A stretch of DNA of 64,000 bases from Octopus vulgaris. Taxonomy: Eukaryota. The translations under genes were made by a program, and so were the position numbers. The DNA is taken from assembly GCA_951406725.2 (NCBI GenBank), contig OX597836.1:30256001-30320000 (forward strand). Reading direction: 5' to 3'. The notes beneath the pieces are model-generated. The model saw only the letters and a list, made by a program, of their open reading frames with translations, searched no databases and was not told the DNA's origin. Numbering within the stretch: the first letter of the stretch is position 1; each line of letters opens with the position of its first letter. This document shows, piece by piece, positions 11,231 to 25,015 of this stretch.

Positions 11231-11276
<46 letters not shown>

Positions 11277-13603
11277 CCATGCCCACATAGAAGACAGATG
11301 TTAAATGATGATGATGATGATAATATATAATGGGCTTCTTTCAGTTTCCATCAACCAAATCCACTAACAAGGTGGTAGTAGAAGACATTTGAGCAAGGTG
11401 CATGCAGTGATAGACATCAATTGATGATTGTAATGTATCATCATCATACAAACAAGGTTGTTTATTCTCAGTGTCTCATGAAAAACCTGTCTAGCTTATG
11501 GAAAAATTACACCTCACTTGAAAACAGGTGAGGGTTGGTGAGAGGAAAAGCATCCGACTATAGAAAATCTGTCACAACAAATTTTGTCTGACCCATGCAA
11601 ACATGGAAAAGTGGACATCAAATAATGATGATAATATATCATGCAATACAGAAGATACTTTCAAAAATCAGAAACAAATTTAATATTTAATTTCATTTGA
11701 AAGGATGTTCTATACTCAGTAATGAATAAAACTGTCATAGTTTTTGAGAACTGGGGTACTCTCATATTCATTATACAAAACCATAACTTTAAAATGATTT
11801 ATTATATTCTGACTTGAAGACGAACCTTCCGCTTTCCTCCAAACATTATAATACAACCACAGATATTTGCTGTGTGGTTAATATCAAATTCATATACTTT
11901 AACGATTTGTAGCCTTTACATGTAATAAATAAAATGTTACTAAACAATTTATATTATATTCTGACTTGAACACAAGCCCTCCGCTTCTCTCCTCGCAACA
12001 TAATACAACCGAAGATATTCTACTGTGTGATTCAATATCTTCAGCAGAATAATGACAAACATTGATACAAACACCAGACTAACCAACTACATAAAAAATT
12101 ATAATAGCAATAAATTTACTTTTGACATACTGTGGAGTAGACAGTATTATTACATGAGAATTTCTTTGCGTTGCTACTAATAACATTGCCAACACAACTT
12201 TCATTTGCTAAATAGACTTTTGACAGACTGATTCCTAAATGTATTGTAATGTCAGAATGAAAACACAGTCAAGAAATCAAATGTGTTTTTCCTCCTATAC
12301 AATTTGGATTCCTCCGATCAAGCCTCAGGACAAGATTCTCAGCAGAAATTCTAATAGAGATAATGGCCACAAGGAAAAGAAGGAGGTTTTATTTTTGGTA
12401 GGTGGTGCATAATATACATAATATATAATAGGAATCCACAATTCAGTTTTAAGGATTCATTTCCTGCAGGCATGTTGCAAACATATCTACTTACATCACG
12501 AGTAACACCTTATCTGTAGTTTAAAAATAAAGTTTAACAGACATCATTATATCATTCTTGGAAACCAATCGTTTCAATATTCTTTTCCTTTTTTCCTATT
12601 TAAATGCTTCTCGGAAGCTGAATCGCTGTGATTTGTTACCCAGTCTTACACACACACACTTTCTCCTTCTCTTACCCTCTCTCTCGATTTTATATTATTT
12701 CCTTTCGGTTAGACATTGTTTCAGTATATATTACATACAATATGAAGCTCCATATCAGACTGGAATTTCTATCTCTTATCTCAAATCATTTTCACACACA
12801 CACACACCTTACCACTGACCTCACTTCTAATTGTTGTTGCCACTGTTTGTTGTTTAACCTCAAGTTCATTCCAGTTAAATAGAGCCATGATTATAGAGGA
12901 TGTTCATAAGTTATCTATACAACTTCCATAATTTATTGTATCAAAGTTGAGATCTATCAATCAACTTCTTTGCAACCAATGGAGCCCAAATGGAAGTGTT
13001 TTGATGTTTCATATAAAACTTTATTTGTTTGCCAATAAACTCTACTGAGTTATCCTCACTTGCCATATTTTTCCTGAATTTTTCAAATTGTGATGGTAAT
13101 TTGTGGACACCCAGTATTATTAAATGTGTCCTTTTCTTCTCCGCTCCATATTTTAAGGTGGCAGGGTGTGACTTGAGGGAAATTTTGGCTGCAATTTTTA
13201 TCAGTTTGATTTGACTACATAGAAACTTGAAACTGTACAGTTAGGTTAGTGATGGTAAACATTTTTATCCCAGTGTGTAAAATTTTTAATTTTTTTGTTT
13301 TTATAATAATCCTGATTTTGGAGTGGAATATGTATCTATATTTTAAATAAACATTTATATAGGTAATCAGGCTAATGATGTGTTTCTAATTTGCTAATCA
13401 TTAATTTAATTTGAGTTGTAATATGAAGTACTATGTCATTAGATACTATTGAAAACTACAATATTTTAAGACTAATATGTAAAACTTTCAAAATTAATTT
13501 TTTTTTTGGCAATTTTTAATGAGCTTTTTCTTTTTTCCTCATCTCTTTCTTTTTTTTTTGGTTTGCAAGATTGTGAACTTGTGTGTTGAAACATTTTCTT
13601 GTA

Positions 13604-13964
13604 TGTTAGGAGGGTCGTTATGCCAAAGATAAACACACATGCGGGTTCTATTTCACTGCTCTATTATTTATTCGTTAATTGGTTAACTACTTAACAGGTT
13701 AACTCATTGATTGTTTCATTAATCATTTAGTTAATTAATGAATCAGAGACCTGAATCAGATCTGAGATAGAGAAGTCATGTCATTCAAGAGGTTGTGAAT
13801 GTCAATGAAAGAACTTTGACAAACTTGATTGCTTGATTAACCAAACAATTAATCAACAAATGATTAGTTCACTGGTTAACCAACTGACAAATAAATAATA
13901 AAAAAGTGAATGAAATAGGATCAGAGCATGTGTTTATTATTAGCTTAACAAGCTCTATATAACA
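13604..13964. mobile_element. Ancient foldback/MITE with long diverged TIRs (TGTTA...TAACA)
   Basis: GATAAACACACATGC...CTATTTCA...TATTATTTATTCGTTAATTGGTTAAC mirrors GGTTAACCAACTGACAAATAAATAATA...TGAAATAGG...GCATGTGTTTATT. Confidence 0.7.
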
Positions 13965-14369
13965 TGACATTGTAGGGAGATTTTCTTTGAAGTTCATTGC
14001 ATGTCACATGAAAACTTGGGTGGCATATTATAGATTCAATGCTAATGGACCAGAAAATATAATCAGGAATGTATGCTGATAAATTAATGTTATAAAGTCA
14101 GAATGGTTTTGCTTGTTCATTTTTCCACGCAAGCAGCTTACCATATATTGCGGCATACAAATCCACTTAGTGTATACTGTTAATATGTAATGGTAACATA
14201 AAAAAAAAAAAAAAAACTTTCTAAATCATGTTGCATTCTACATAGAATTTTTGGTCCTCCAAAATAGTCTTGGTGGAAAAGTCGAAAATGACGGGATGGG
14301 CATAACTGGAGCCTTTGATCACATGCCTGCCTGATCAGTACTGATACAAGACAAAATACTAAGATGTCT

Positions 14370-14825
14370 TTACATGGCCACTCAAGCAACTAGAAACAAC
14401 AGCCCAATCTACTTCAAACTGCACTCTCAATTGTCTTAAAAAAAGAAAAGACATTAGATAATGTAGTCTTAAACATAAACCTTCAAAGACATGATAGTCA
14501 TATTAGGAGAGGCTTTCTTTGTTAAGTTTGTTTGACCAATGATGACCTGAAGTGAAAACAGTAAGAGAGAATGAGAAGCCAAGTCAAGGAAGAAGCTTTT
14601 ACATAGTTGCTTGGCCTGCTAGAAATAGCAGCTAACTATCTTCAAAGGAAAACGATACATTGGTTAATGCAGTATAATACATACTCATTAACAACAACAA
14701 AGAAAAACAAAGAAAAAAAAATAAAAAGAAACAGGAGATCAATCAAGTCTAGAATGTCTTCTGATCATAGGTTCGTTGAAACTGAATCGACCTGGGGCTA
14801 AAACAACAACAACAACAACAACAAA
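14370..14825 (+). mobile_element. Two decayed copies of an ancient (AAC)n-tailed retroposon 3' end (family S5)
   Basis: CTAGAAATAGCAGC...GATCATAGGT...GACCTGGGGCTAAAACAACAAC; further copies near 6050, 37530, 42720, 53570 (+) and 34740-35240, 50540, 51110, 52215 (-). Confidence 0.65.
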
Positions 14826-15063
14826 ACAAAATGAATGATTAGAATTGGAATAAGGTTTCGCATCAAAGAACAACAATGAGCTTCAAGAACTGGCAATATT
14901 TTTTCCATTTTAGGGTTGTACCGAATTACACAGTTTCTGAAGATACGTTTCACTACAAAACTGCAGAAGTAAATTACGTGGAGGCTTAAGAAATAATAGA
15001 GAAAGGCATTTTTTGAATGATAAAAAGAGAATGGATAGGGGTGGTTATTTTTCACATGACTCA

Positions 15064-15064
15064 C

Positions 15065-15100
<36 letters not shown>

Positions 15101-15200
15101 GGAGAATGTGGGTATCTGGGGAGAGAGAAGGCTAAAACAGACTTTCTCCTCAGACATTCAATCATTTGATACTTCAGTAGTGTGTGTGTATATATATATA

Positions 15201-15240
<40 letters not shown>

Positions 15241-15283
15241 GTATGATACTGCAGTAGTGTGTGTATATATATTTGTGTGTGTG

Positions 15284-15366
<83 letters not shown>

Positions 15367-16365
15367 ATATGTGTGTGTGTGTGTGCAAATATATATATAT
15401 ACATGTGCTATGCAAATAAATATACATACATGTATGCACACATGTACATAAATAAAAAAGAAAAATATATATATGAAATGGAAATATTGATACACATTAT
15501 ATATATATATATATAAATATATATACACACACACATATATGTATACACACACATACATATATACATACACATACATATATACATACACATACATAGATAC
15601 ATATATACAAATACATACACATGTATATATATATATATATATATTTCAAAGAAGGATGGAAATATTTCAACACATATAAATATATATCCATATATACATA
15701 TAATATACATGAGTGTGGCGTGCATACACACACCACTCCCATATATAAATACACCAGTCATATACATATATATATATATATATATATAATTTTGTGTACG
15801 TATACACAAAATCATGATGGACCTGATAGATCTAGCCATGTTTTTCCACAACACATCAGCAACAGCTCCCCTTATTAGTATGCTTTTGGTAGGTTATAAG
15901 TTCAGTTATTGACAGTTATAGAATGTGCAGCTGTTCTTACAGTGAAATCACTCGGCAATCATTCGCTATATTATAAGAGATAATGGATTGTAGAGTGAGA
16001 GGTTACCGCGACAAAGAGATTATATCAACATCATATAGTAATACATTAAACGATATTTAAATAAATAAAAAGGACAAAAAAAAAAACGTAACATAAAAAA
16101 AATTATTACTTTAGTTTTTTGTTTTGTTTTCTTAAATAAGGAATATTTATACAAAGATTGAAATATCAAATGATAATGGACTGTCCGCTTATAAATTCCT
16201 AAAAATAAATTATCATCATCATTATTACTATTATTATCATCATTATCTTCACACGCACACACACACACTTCATATACATAAATATATATACTTATGTATG
16301 CATACATATACATAGTCATATATACATATATACACACATATGCATATATATATACACACATATGC

Positions 16366-16406
<41 letters not shown>

Positions 16407-16424
16407 AACAGACATGAATATATG

Positions 16425-16455
<31 letters not shown>

Positions 16456-16488
16456 CACACACACATTACACACACGTGTGTGTGTGTA

Positions 16489-16528
<40 letters not shown>

Positions 16529-16600
16529 CACACACACACACAGACACACACACACACACTCACATATATGCATACACACATACATACATATGTACATACA
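15064..16600. repeat. Cluster of (GA)n, (TA)n, (CA)n compound microsatellites
   Basis: Direct read, with short unique spacers; source of the Y/I/C/V/H/T-rich ORFs. Confidence 0.9.
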
Positions 16601-17092
16601 TGAAAGAAAGCTAAAATAATTTTTTCAACATTTCATTATATCTTCTTGTTTGTAAATTGCTTTTATTATTATTATTATTATTTTTTTTTACCTTGTCTTA
16701 TTCCATCTTTATTTTATTTTTAAAATTATCATTTACCGAGATAAATGAGAAGAAGATAAGAGATTTTTAACAGAAAGAATCTGTTTTTATTTGTGAATGA
16801 ATTTTTCAAAAGAGATAATAATAAAAAAAAAATACAACCATAACTAGGATAATGGAATAGAATAGAAGGCTCAATCTGAGTCACTATCTATCTGCCTTTT
16901 ATCAATTTTCTAAAGACCTTTGAAAACCTGTACCAAAAAAATTAAAAAACAGAACAAGAAAAAAATACAAAGACAATGACAACAACAATAACGACCACCA
17001 CCACTACAATAAAAAAAAAAAAAGAACAAGGGCAGTACAAGAAGCCAATATGCATGCAATGTTTCTTCTGCTGTAAGAAGAATTGAAGCAAC

Positions 17093-17128
<36 letters not shown>

Positions 17129-17520
17129 GGTGGTGGTAGTAAAGGTGAAGGTTGTGTGGCAGTGGTGGTAGAGGTGGAAGTTGTAGAAGTGGTGGAAGTG
17201 GAAGTAGTAGTAGTAGTGGTGGTGGTGGTGGTAATAAAGGTGAAGGTTGTGTGGCAGTGGTGGTAGTAATAGTAGTAGTAGTAGTAGTACAGGTGGTGGT
17301 AGAGGTGGAAGTTGTAGTAGTAATAGTAGTAGTGGTGGTGGTGGTGGTAATAAAGGTAAAGGTTGTGTGGCAGTGGTGGTAGTAATAGCAATAGTAGTAC
17401 AGGTGGTGGTAGAGGTGGAAGTTGTAGAAGTGGTGGTGGTGGTGGTAGTAGTAGAGATGGTGGTGATAGAGGTTGTAGTGGTGTTGGTGGTAGTAGTAGC
17501 GGTGGTGGTGGTGGTCATAG
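17093..17520. repeat. (GGT/AGT)n cryptic repeat with a higher-order unit
   Basis: TAAAGGTGAAGGTTGTGTGGCAGTGGTGGTAG three times and GAGGTGGAAGTTGTAG three times. Confidence 0.9.
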
Positions 17521-17759
17521 TGTCTGATTAAAAAAAAAGAACGAAATTTAAAAACATTTTGGAAAAATGGTAGAAGAAAAATTGTTTATCGTTTTAAAAT
17601 ACCAGCTAACTTAGCATAAAAGCGAACAGAAAAATTGTAATATAAGAGAAAGAGGGGAAGGAGGGGGAGGCAGGAGAGAGGGGGAGGCAGGAGAGAGGGG
17701 GAGGAGGGAGAGAGAGAGACTTTTAATATAATATGAGTGTTGGCAACAAGATTGTTGAT

Positions 17760-18010
17760 CAGATGGTGTTGGTGGTGGTAGTGTTGGTAGTAGCGGTATT
17801 GGTAGCAGTTGTAGTGGTGGTGGTGGCAGCTATGGTCACGATGGTAGTTATGGTTGTAGTGGTTGGTAGTCATGGCAGTGATGATAGTCGTGGTGGTGGT
17901 GGTGATGATAGTTGTTGTTGTTGTGGTGGTGGTGGTGGTGGTGGTAGTTGTCACAGGGTGTTAGTAGTCATGATCATGGTGGTGGTGGCGGCGGCAGTAG
18001 TGTTGATGGT
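17760..18010. repeat. Degenerate (GGT)n trinucleotide tract
   Basis: Direct read. Confidence 0.85.
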
Positions 18011-18780
18011 AAGCGAGGGTAGTTATTTCATGAAATAGCTATAATTAGCAAAAAGAAACTATGTTCTTCTCTATAATTGGGTCTCAGAGATACTCTTCAA
18101 CTGAGAGTTAAGAAGACTTTTATTGATAACATAGCAGACTTCTTTTCAGTTGGGAAGTCAAAAGCGCCACTATCACCAATAATGATAGTGTGGTCCACAT
18201 ACATATATATACATATATATATATTAATAATAGGCTATTGGTCAGTCAACCATATTTACTTATGTAGATAAGAGTACTGAACAGGGTGCAGGTATGGTCG
18301 AGTGGTTAAGAAATTCACTTCTCAGTCATGTTGGCTTTTGAAGTTCAATTCCTTTGCACAGCACTTTGAACTAGTATCTTCTTCTACAATAGTCTTTTTC
18401 ATACAAAAGGGCCAGGGTCAACCAAAGCCCTTTTGCAGGAAATTTGAGATTGCTTTTGTTCTTGGAAGGTAGATTTAACAAATTTTCTGGAATACAAGTT
18501 GAATTTTTTTAGATCAAAATTTACAGCCAAGAAAAGATAGTTCGACTTATACAGCAAGATGACTTTGGAGGAGCAAAAATTTCATGTGAAATGCAACAAG
18601 ATTTGGAAAGATAGTAATGATGTTTGAATATTTATGCTATATGTTAATAATACATATGTTGATTTGTATGTTGTAAAATATGATGTACATGGCCTAACAA
18701 ATGAAACAGGGTTGCTAGATCTGATAGAAATATCAGCTAAATCTCTTTCAGATTGCACCCTTCAATCTTATATAAGTACA

Positions 18781-18989
18781 TACCATATTTTCCAACATAC
18801 AAATTGAATTTTTCAGACCAAAATTTACAGCCAAAACAAGGGTGGGTTGACTTATACAACCAAGATGACTTTGGAGGACCAAAAATTCCATGTGAAACAC
18901 AGCAGGATTTGGTAAAATAGTGACAATATTTGAATGTTTACGTTATATGTCTACACTATATGTCAACTTGTATGCTAGAAAATATGGCA
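18781..18989. mobile_element. pogo/Tc2-like MITE, with a second decayed copy at about 18480-18685
   Basis: TACCATATTTTC...GAAAATATGGCA ends (CCGTA-type TIR after CpG decay); shared core GACTTATACA..CAAGATGACTTTGGAGGA. Confidence 0.6.
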
Positions 18990-19420
18990 ATCAATGACCT
19001 GGTTTAATTATGCCATTAACTAGTTCTTTCGTGGAGTTCATTCTGTTATAAGCATTCAGACCATTTCTCTGACCGAAGGACAACTTATTCTCTTCTGCCA
19101 TCCTGTCTCAGCGGTATTGTAAAACTAACATGGTGCTGCTCTTCCTCCTGATTAAGTGGTAAAAAAATAACAAAAAAAGTTTTTAATATGAATAATGATA
19201 GAGAAGACCTATGAATCCAGTCAGGGCCATCCTGTCTTTTTGTATAGTTAAAACCTTGCCCAATATTTACTTGTGTAGATACAGTAGATAGGGCTTTATA
19301 AGAATTAGCATATTGGCACTATTTAAACAAACTTATGATCAAAGGTCATAGGATCCATGATTAATCCATTGGATCCATGACTAGTTGCATAACTACAACT
19401 ACATGACCAATCCATCGTTT

Positions 19421-19800
19421 AGGCACAGGTGTTGCTGTGCATAAAAAGCTTGCTTCCCAACCACATAGTTCCGGGTTCAGTCCCACTACATGGCATTTTG
19501 GGTAAGTGACTTCTATAGTCTCAGGTTGACCAAAGCCTTGTGGGAGTGGATTTGGTAGACAGAAACTGAAAGAAGTGTGTGTGTGTGTATTGAGATGTCA
19601 CCCACCACCACTTGAGAACCAATATTGTGTTCACATCCCAGTAACTTAGCAGTTCAGCAAAGGAGAATGATAGAATAAGCACCAGATTCAAAAGAAAAGA
19701 AAAAAAGTAATGGGGTCGATTCATTCAACTAAAAATGTTTCAAGGTAGAACCACAGCATGGCCACAATCTAATGACTGAAACAAGAAGAAGATAAAAGAT
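19421..19800 (+). mobile_element. SINE family S2, diverged copy
   Basis: Similarity to 48884-49280. Confidence 0.85.
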
Positions 19801-20225
19801 AAAATAATGTAAGTAAGGCCCCATTATAAGAATTACCAGACAGTATCCAATCTATCTATATTGTTATTGTTTAAGCCTCAAGTCAGCCTGAACAACCAAA
19901 TCTACGATGCAAGATATTCCTGCTATGTCTATCCACTCTTTATTTCAGTAACTGCACATCTAAGACACATTATCATATACGTTCTTCCTATTTTAAAACA
20001 GAGGAATGTTGGTGGACTGGGGAGAGATTTGACTGTTATTTCTACAAGGTCTTGTAACCATGTAGAGACTCTTCCTAGTTGGTTCAAAAATTTGGTGTAT
20101 AATAAGTGTGAGTGAAGACACAAACGATGTAGAGAAGAGAGCATTCTATTTTCCATTCTGTTTGAATCCACACTTAGGATGCAAAAGCTAATGAACTCGA
20201 CATTCTATAATCAAAACTATCAACA

Positions 20226-20590
20226 ACAGGAGCATGTTGGCTGTGTGGTGGGAAGTTTGCCTCCCAACCATATGGTCCCAGGTTCAATCCTACTGTATAA
20301 CACTTTGGGCAAGTGTCTTCTACTACAACCCTGAGCTGACCAAAGTCATGTGAGTGGATTTGGTAGATGGAAACATAAGTCCATCATGTGTGTGTGTGTG
20401 TGTGTGAGACTTTATCCTCAACCACTGCTTGACAATGAGAGTTGGTTTGCTTGCATCCCCATAACTTAGCGGTTCAACAAAAGAAACCAATAGAATGAGT
20501 ACCAGGTTTTGAAAAACCTAAGTACTGAGGTTGATTTGTTTGACTAAACCCTTCAAGGTGGTGCTCCAGCATGGCTTACAAATAAAAGAT
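20226..20590 (+). mobile_element. SINE family S2, diverged copy
   Basis: Similarity to 48884-49280. Confidence 0.85.
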
Positions 20591-20842
20591 AAACATATAA
20601 CCCTTTTGATATGAACCTGCCTAAAATAGCTCTTTGTTCCATGATAAAAATTACTTGTTTTAAAGTGATCTGAATTAAAATGCTCCATCAAAATTCCATG
20701 TTCCATATACATTCCAAACACCAGCTTGATGCTAGCAAAGTTATTTGAAAAAAAAAATCTTCCTTATTTTCAAAGTTAAACTGAAACAAGCACAGTATGT
20801 CTTACTGCAAATATGGTAACAAAAAAGTATTTCAGATCTTTT

Positions 20843-21330
20843 ACCAAGAGACACCCTCACCCAGGTAACCCAGAGAGGGTTGATCGGGTTCTGACTTGAA
20901 TGTTAGCAACAACTCTTTGCATGAACACCCTCCCTGTACATAACTCCATGTCGCCCTACATGGCCTTGCTTTTGCTTTTTGTACATAACTCCATGTCCCC
21001 CTACATGGCCTTGCTTTTGCTTTTTGAGCCAAAAAATTAACTTAACCTAACAATGGCCCACAGACCAACCTTCTTAATTCAAAGCTATCTGGTGGATTTC
21101 GCTACAGCTTTGCTCACAGACTGGCTGGCTGACTCCTTTAGCATACCTGTAATGCTCAATCAGTTGAGGGCTTTTCAGAGTGAGAATCTGGCAAAGTCTT
21201 CTCTGAGCTCATTTTATATCTCCCAGTCTCTTTTCTGACACTTCTCTTTTACTTCCAAGTACTTCACCTATTTCCTCTCATTTCATCGATACATTCTTCC
21301 TGGGGCACTCAAACTTCCAGCACGATAACA
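20843..21330 (-). mobile_element. 3' fragment of an RLE-bearing non-LTR retrotransposon (HERO-like)
   Basis: Minus strand LEV*VPQEECIDE..VKYLEVKEKCQKRDWE resembles the ELTVPWEE..ERK..KY restriction-like endonuclease motif; 3' UTR GATCAACCC..CTGGGT..CCTGGGTGAGGGTGTCT. Confidence 0.6.
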
Positions 21331-22405
21331 TAAATACAAAGCAATGTTGAATTTGTGTATAAATAATTGTAGTAAAAGTTTTTGTTTGTATTTTTTTGTT
21401 CAATTCTAAATATTTTGAGAAAGAAAAACGGAAAAAAAAAATGGAAAAAAAAAAAAAATCAAGATTATTGAAGAAACGAGTATAAGGTTTTGAGAATCGA
21501 AGCAAAGAAGCAAAATATATATTTTTTAAATCTGTTATTTAAGGGAGAAGTTACATAGGATAAAAATAAAATCTAATATGAAAATATATAAAGAAGCAGG
21601 AGGGAAAAATAAATACAAGACGCCTCATTCATTTGACTGAGAAATACTTTTGTTTTCTTTTTGAACAATAGTTCGGTATAATGTTTGTGCATAGAACCTG
21701 GCTTCTAGTTCTCCAAAGAGAAAATTAAAAACAAAAAAAAAAACAAAATGCTTTGTTCTTCTGTAATAATAGGAGAGAACCTAACTTTGCATTACATATC
21801 GATTCCATGAAGAAATAAATGGCTTCTCTTCTCTGATTTGTTAGAAACTTATCTGAGGAGAGAAACATTTGTTTTTTTCCATTCACCAACAGAAATCAGA
21901 AATATCGCTACAAAATTTATTTCAGTTAGTTTAAACTGTGTGTACCAGTTTGATGTCAATAGTTAAAAACTAAATTTTATAAAAAAAAAATGCAAATACA
22001 TTATTATCTTGCTGTTCTGGTTTTTTATTCTTCCCACCATCACATATGACTTTAGCAAACAAGCTTGGTTAAGATCTCTTGCTTAAGATGTGTGTGTGTG
22101 TGTGTGTGTGTGATCTTGCTTGCTAAGTTGGTTGATGAAATGTCAATGGCTATATGGTTAACAAGTTCACATCACAACCACATACTTCTGAGAGCAATCC
22201 CACAGTATGGCACATTAAACACATTAGTGTCTGTTATGATGGACTTGTCCAAAGCCAAGTGAATAAAATTTGGCAGATGCTGCAAACTAAGACACATACT
22301 GGTGTGTGTCTACATAGACATGCACACCTCAAAGAAAATACCTCAAAGAATAAGTTTACTAGAATGCTATAGAAATAGAAATTAGTTTTATAAATACACA
22401 CACAC

Positions 22406-22725
22406 ACAGGAGTGGCAGTGTGGTAAGAAGCTTGCTTCCTAACCATGTTGTTCTGGGTTCAAACCCTTGGACAAGTGTCTTCTACTATAGCCTCAGGCTG
22501 ACCACAACCTTTTGAGTGGATTTGGTAGATGGAAACATGAAGAAGCCCATCGTATATATATGTGTGAGTGTGTGTGTACACGTGTGTGCGAGTCTTTGTG
22601 TCTGTGTTTGTCCCCAACAACCATTTGACAACTGGTGTTCATGTGTTTATATCCTCATAACTTAGCAGTTCAGCAAAAGAGACTGATGACTGAAATGCCT
22701 GAAACAAGTAAGAGAATAAAAGAAT
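22406..22725 (+). mobile_element. SINE family S2
   Basis: CAGGAGTGGCAGTGTGGTAAGAAGCTTGCTTCC...CTGAAACAAGTAAGAGAATAAAAG. Confidence 0.85.
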
Positions 22726-23534
22726 AAACACACAAACTGCCAGTTTCCCTTCCTGATGCTAACTGATAACAGAATTTTAAGTCAGAGATCTCTTATTCCA
22801 CACACCTGTGAAGATATGATCAAATGATTTGTCGACAGAAGAAACTAACAACACTATCCACTACACTTTCATACAAGTGATCACAGATATAAACAAATAC
22901 ACAGATACCCATACCCACACACACACACAACTGTATTTTTCTGTCTATCAAATTCACTTACAATGCTCTGGTTGGCCCAGGAAAAAAATAAAAGAAACTT
23001 GCTCAAGGTACTGCACAATGGGACGGAACCTCAACTGCATAGCCATACCCGAGCACATCTAAAACTCTAATATCTAAAACCACAAACAGCATGCAAATTT
23101 TCACTTTGAATTTTGGCATTGCAAGCAGAGTTGGCACAGAAACAATTGTAATGAATCATTTAGGATTTCTTCTTCATCTTTTTATTTGGATTATACATAC
23201 ACACACACACACACACACACACATTTACATGGGTGTATGTGTAATCCAAATAATATATATATACACACACACATACATATATATATAGACACACACACAC
23301 AAACATAATACACACACACACACATATATATATATAAAAATGTATATATGTATGCCAAGTTATAATAAAAACAGATTTACATTCAACAGATGGAGTACTA
23401 AATACCTTTTTGCATAGAGTACATATTTATTATACTTTTAGATGAAGTGTGGTAACAGTGACTTTGGAGTTTAAGCCAACTAGCATTCATCAGACTCTCT
23501 CTCTCTAAATATGCACACATACACACATTATATA

Positions 23535-23743
23535 TATAATTTACAAGATAAGGGCAAAAGAAAAATTCTAATGCCAAATATGCCGAAAAAAAGACAAAAC
23601 TTTTTTTTCGGCATATTTGGCATTAGAATTTTTCTTTTGCCCTTATCTTGTAAATTATTTATAAATTTAACCTTTAAAGTATTTTTTGATATGCTGGCCA
23701 TTGACAAAATTTTTTTCCTGAAAAAAGTTTTATCCTATATTAG

Positions 23744-23745
<2 letters not shown>
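23535..23745 (+). mobile_element. Perfect ~57-bp-arm palindrome plus tail (PLE-end-like) in (TA)n
   Basis: ATAATTTACAAGATAAGGGCAAAAG...GCCGAAAAAAA / TTTTTTTCGGC...CTTATCTTGTAAATTAT, then a ~85-nt unpaired tail and (TA)n. Confidence 0.55.
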
Positions 23746-23796
<51 letters not shown>

Positions 23797-24567
23797 TATA
23801 AAGATATAAATATACATGTGAGTGCCTGTACATATATCGTTGTCATCATCATTAATACACATATATCAATCAGATTATCACATTGTGAAAAACTGCTGGT
23901 CATAAAGCACTTTCTGACACTGTTGTCGATTTCGAATGAAGCTGACCAGCCGGCTAAGCAGGCAGGCCAACATTGCCCTTGAAGGTGACATCAGTTTGTC
24001 CCAGGGTTACTGAGTTACAGCTGAACAGACTAGAGCAACATGAAATGAAGTGCCTTGCTCAAGAACACAAAGCAGAATCAGTCTGGGAATCCAAATCATG
24101 ATCTTGTGATCATGAATGGACCATATATATATATCATTTAATAAATTCTATAATGAGTAAAAATATATATCTAAATATGTAGTTTCAATATTTATATAAT
24201 ATATATACTAAGATATATCTACTGTAATGAGATTTAACTATAAAACAATTAGAAAACTACAAAATAAATTACTTGCTAATGGTGTATTAAACGATGTAAA
24301 AGATATCAACATTATTAGTTACATTCTCACCAAGGTGAGTAATGGTTGCTTTTAGGTAAAATATATAATTAAATATTCTGACGTATACAAACATACACAC
24401 ACACATGATATGAATTACTGAGATAAGAATTTCTCTTGGAAATATGTGTGTGTGTGTGTGTATGTGTAATATGAAAATTAGCAAGATAAAAGGCATTAAG
24501 TCCCCACTGTATAATGGTTGGTGATACAAGAACTACTGTCATAGAAAACTTTTTTTTTTTTAAAGTA

Positions 24568-24824
24568 CCCCTTTACTGCAGAACTCAGATACATCTACTC
24601 ATTATTTCATCTATTAGCCTTAACTATTGAAAGCAGCTTTACACTAAATAAACTATCTTTTGTTAAAGAATGTCACGTTTGAAACTATTTTCTGTTACGT
24701 CAAAATGTATATGAAGTTTACCAAGGCAACGTGACTTACAGAAAATACCAATTCTATTTTTTGGAGAAGATATTTAACATCATTTACTTGAATAATCATG
24801 AAATTGAATTTTGCAGTTAAAGGG
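24568..24824. mobile_element. piggyBac-type MITE, second family, decayed
   Basis: CCCCTTTACTGCAGAA ... TTTGCAGTTAAAGGG|TTAA. Confidence 0.5.
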
Positions 24825-25015
24825 TTAAAAATGAAAAGATAAATTAGATAAACTCATCCTAGGCATTTTTAAAAGGTTGAGCACGACATAACTGGGAGGC
24901 TTTGATCATTGGTCTACTTGATTAGAGCTGATGGAGCTAAACAACAACATAAAGAGCACACTGTAACATTAACTTTCCTTGAGAGCAACCTGTTCAAGAT
25001 GGTATCCTGCACTAT

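Larger units (their letters stand above)
9794..11238 (+). mobile_element. 5'-truncated Penelope-like retroelement with inverted pseudo-LTR, in a (TA)n context
   Basis: 127-bp inverted repeat 9794-9920 / 11068-11194 (2 mismatches) plus a ~44-nt 3' tail; RT C-terminus and GIY-YIG remnants lie between. Confidence 0.9.

Noticed and set aside
16910-17954. Thr-rich 202-aa and 122-aa ORFs resembling mucins
   Set aside because: Open frames on both strands come from (GGT/AGT)n repeats; no signal peptide or non-repetitive domain
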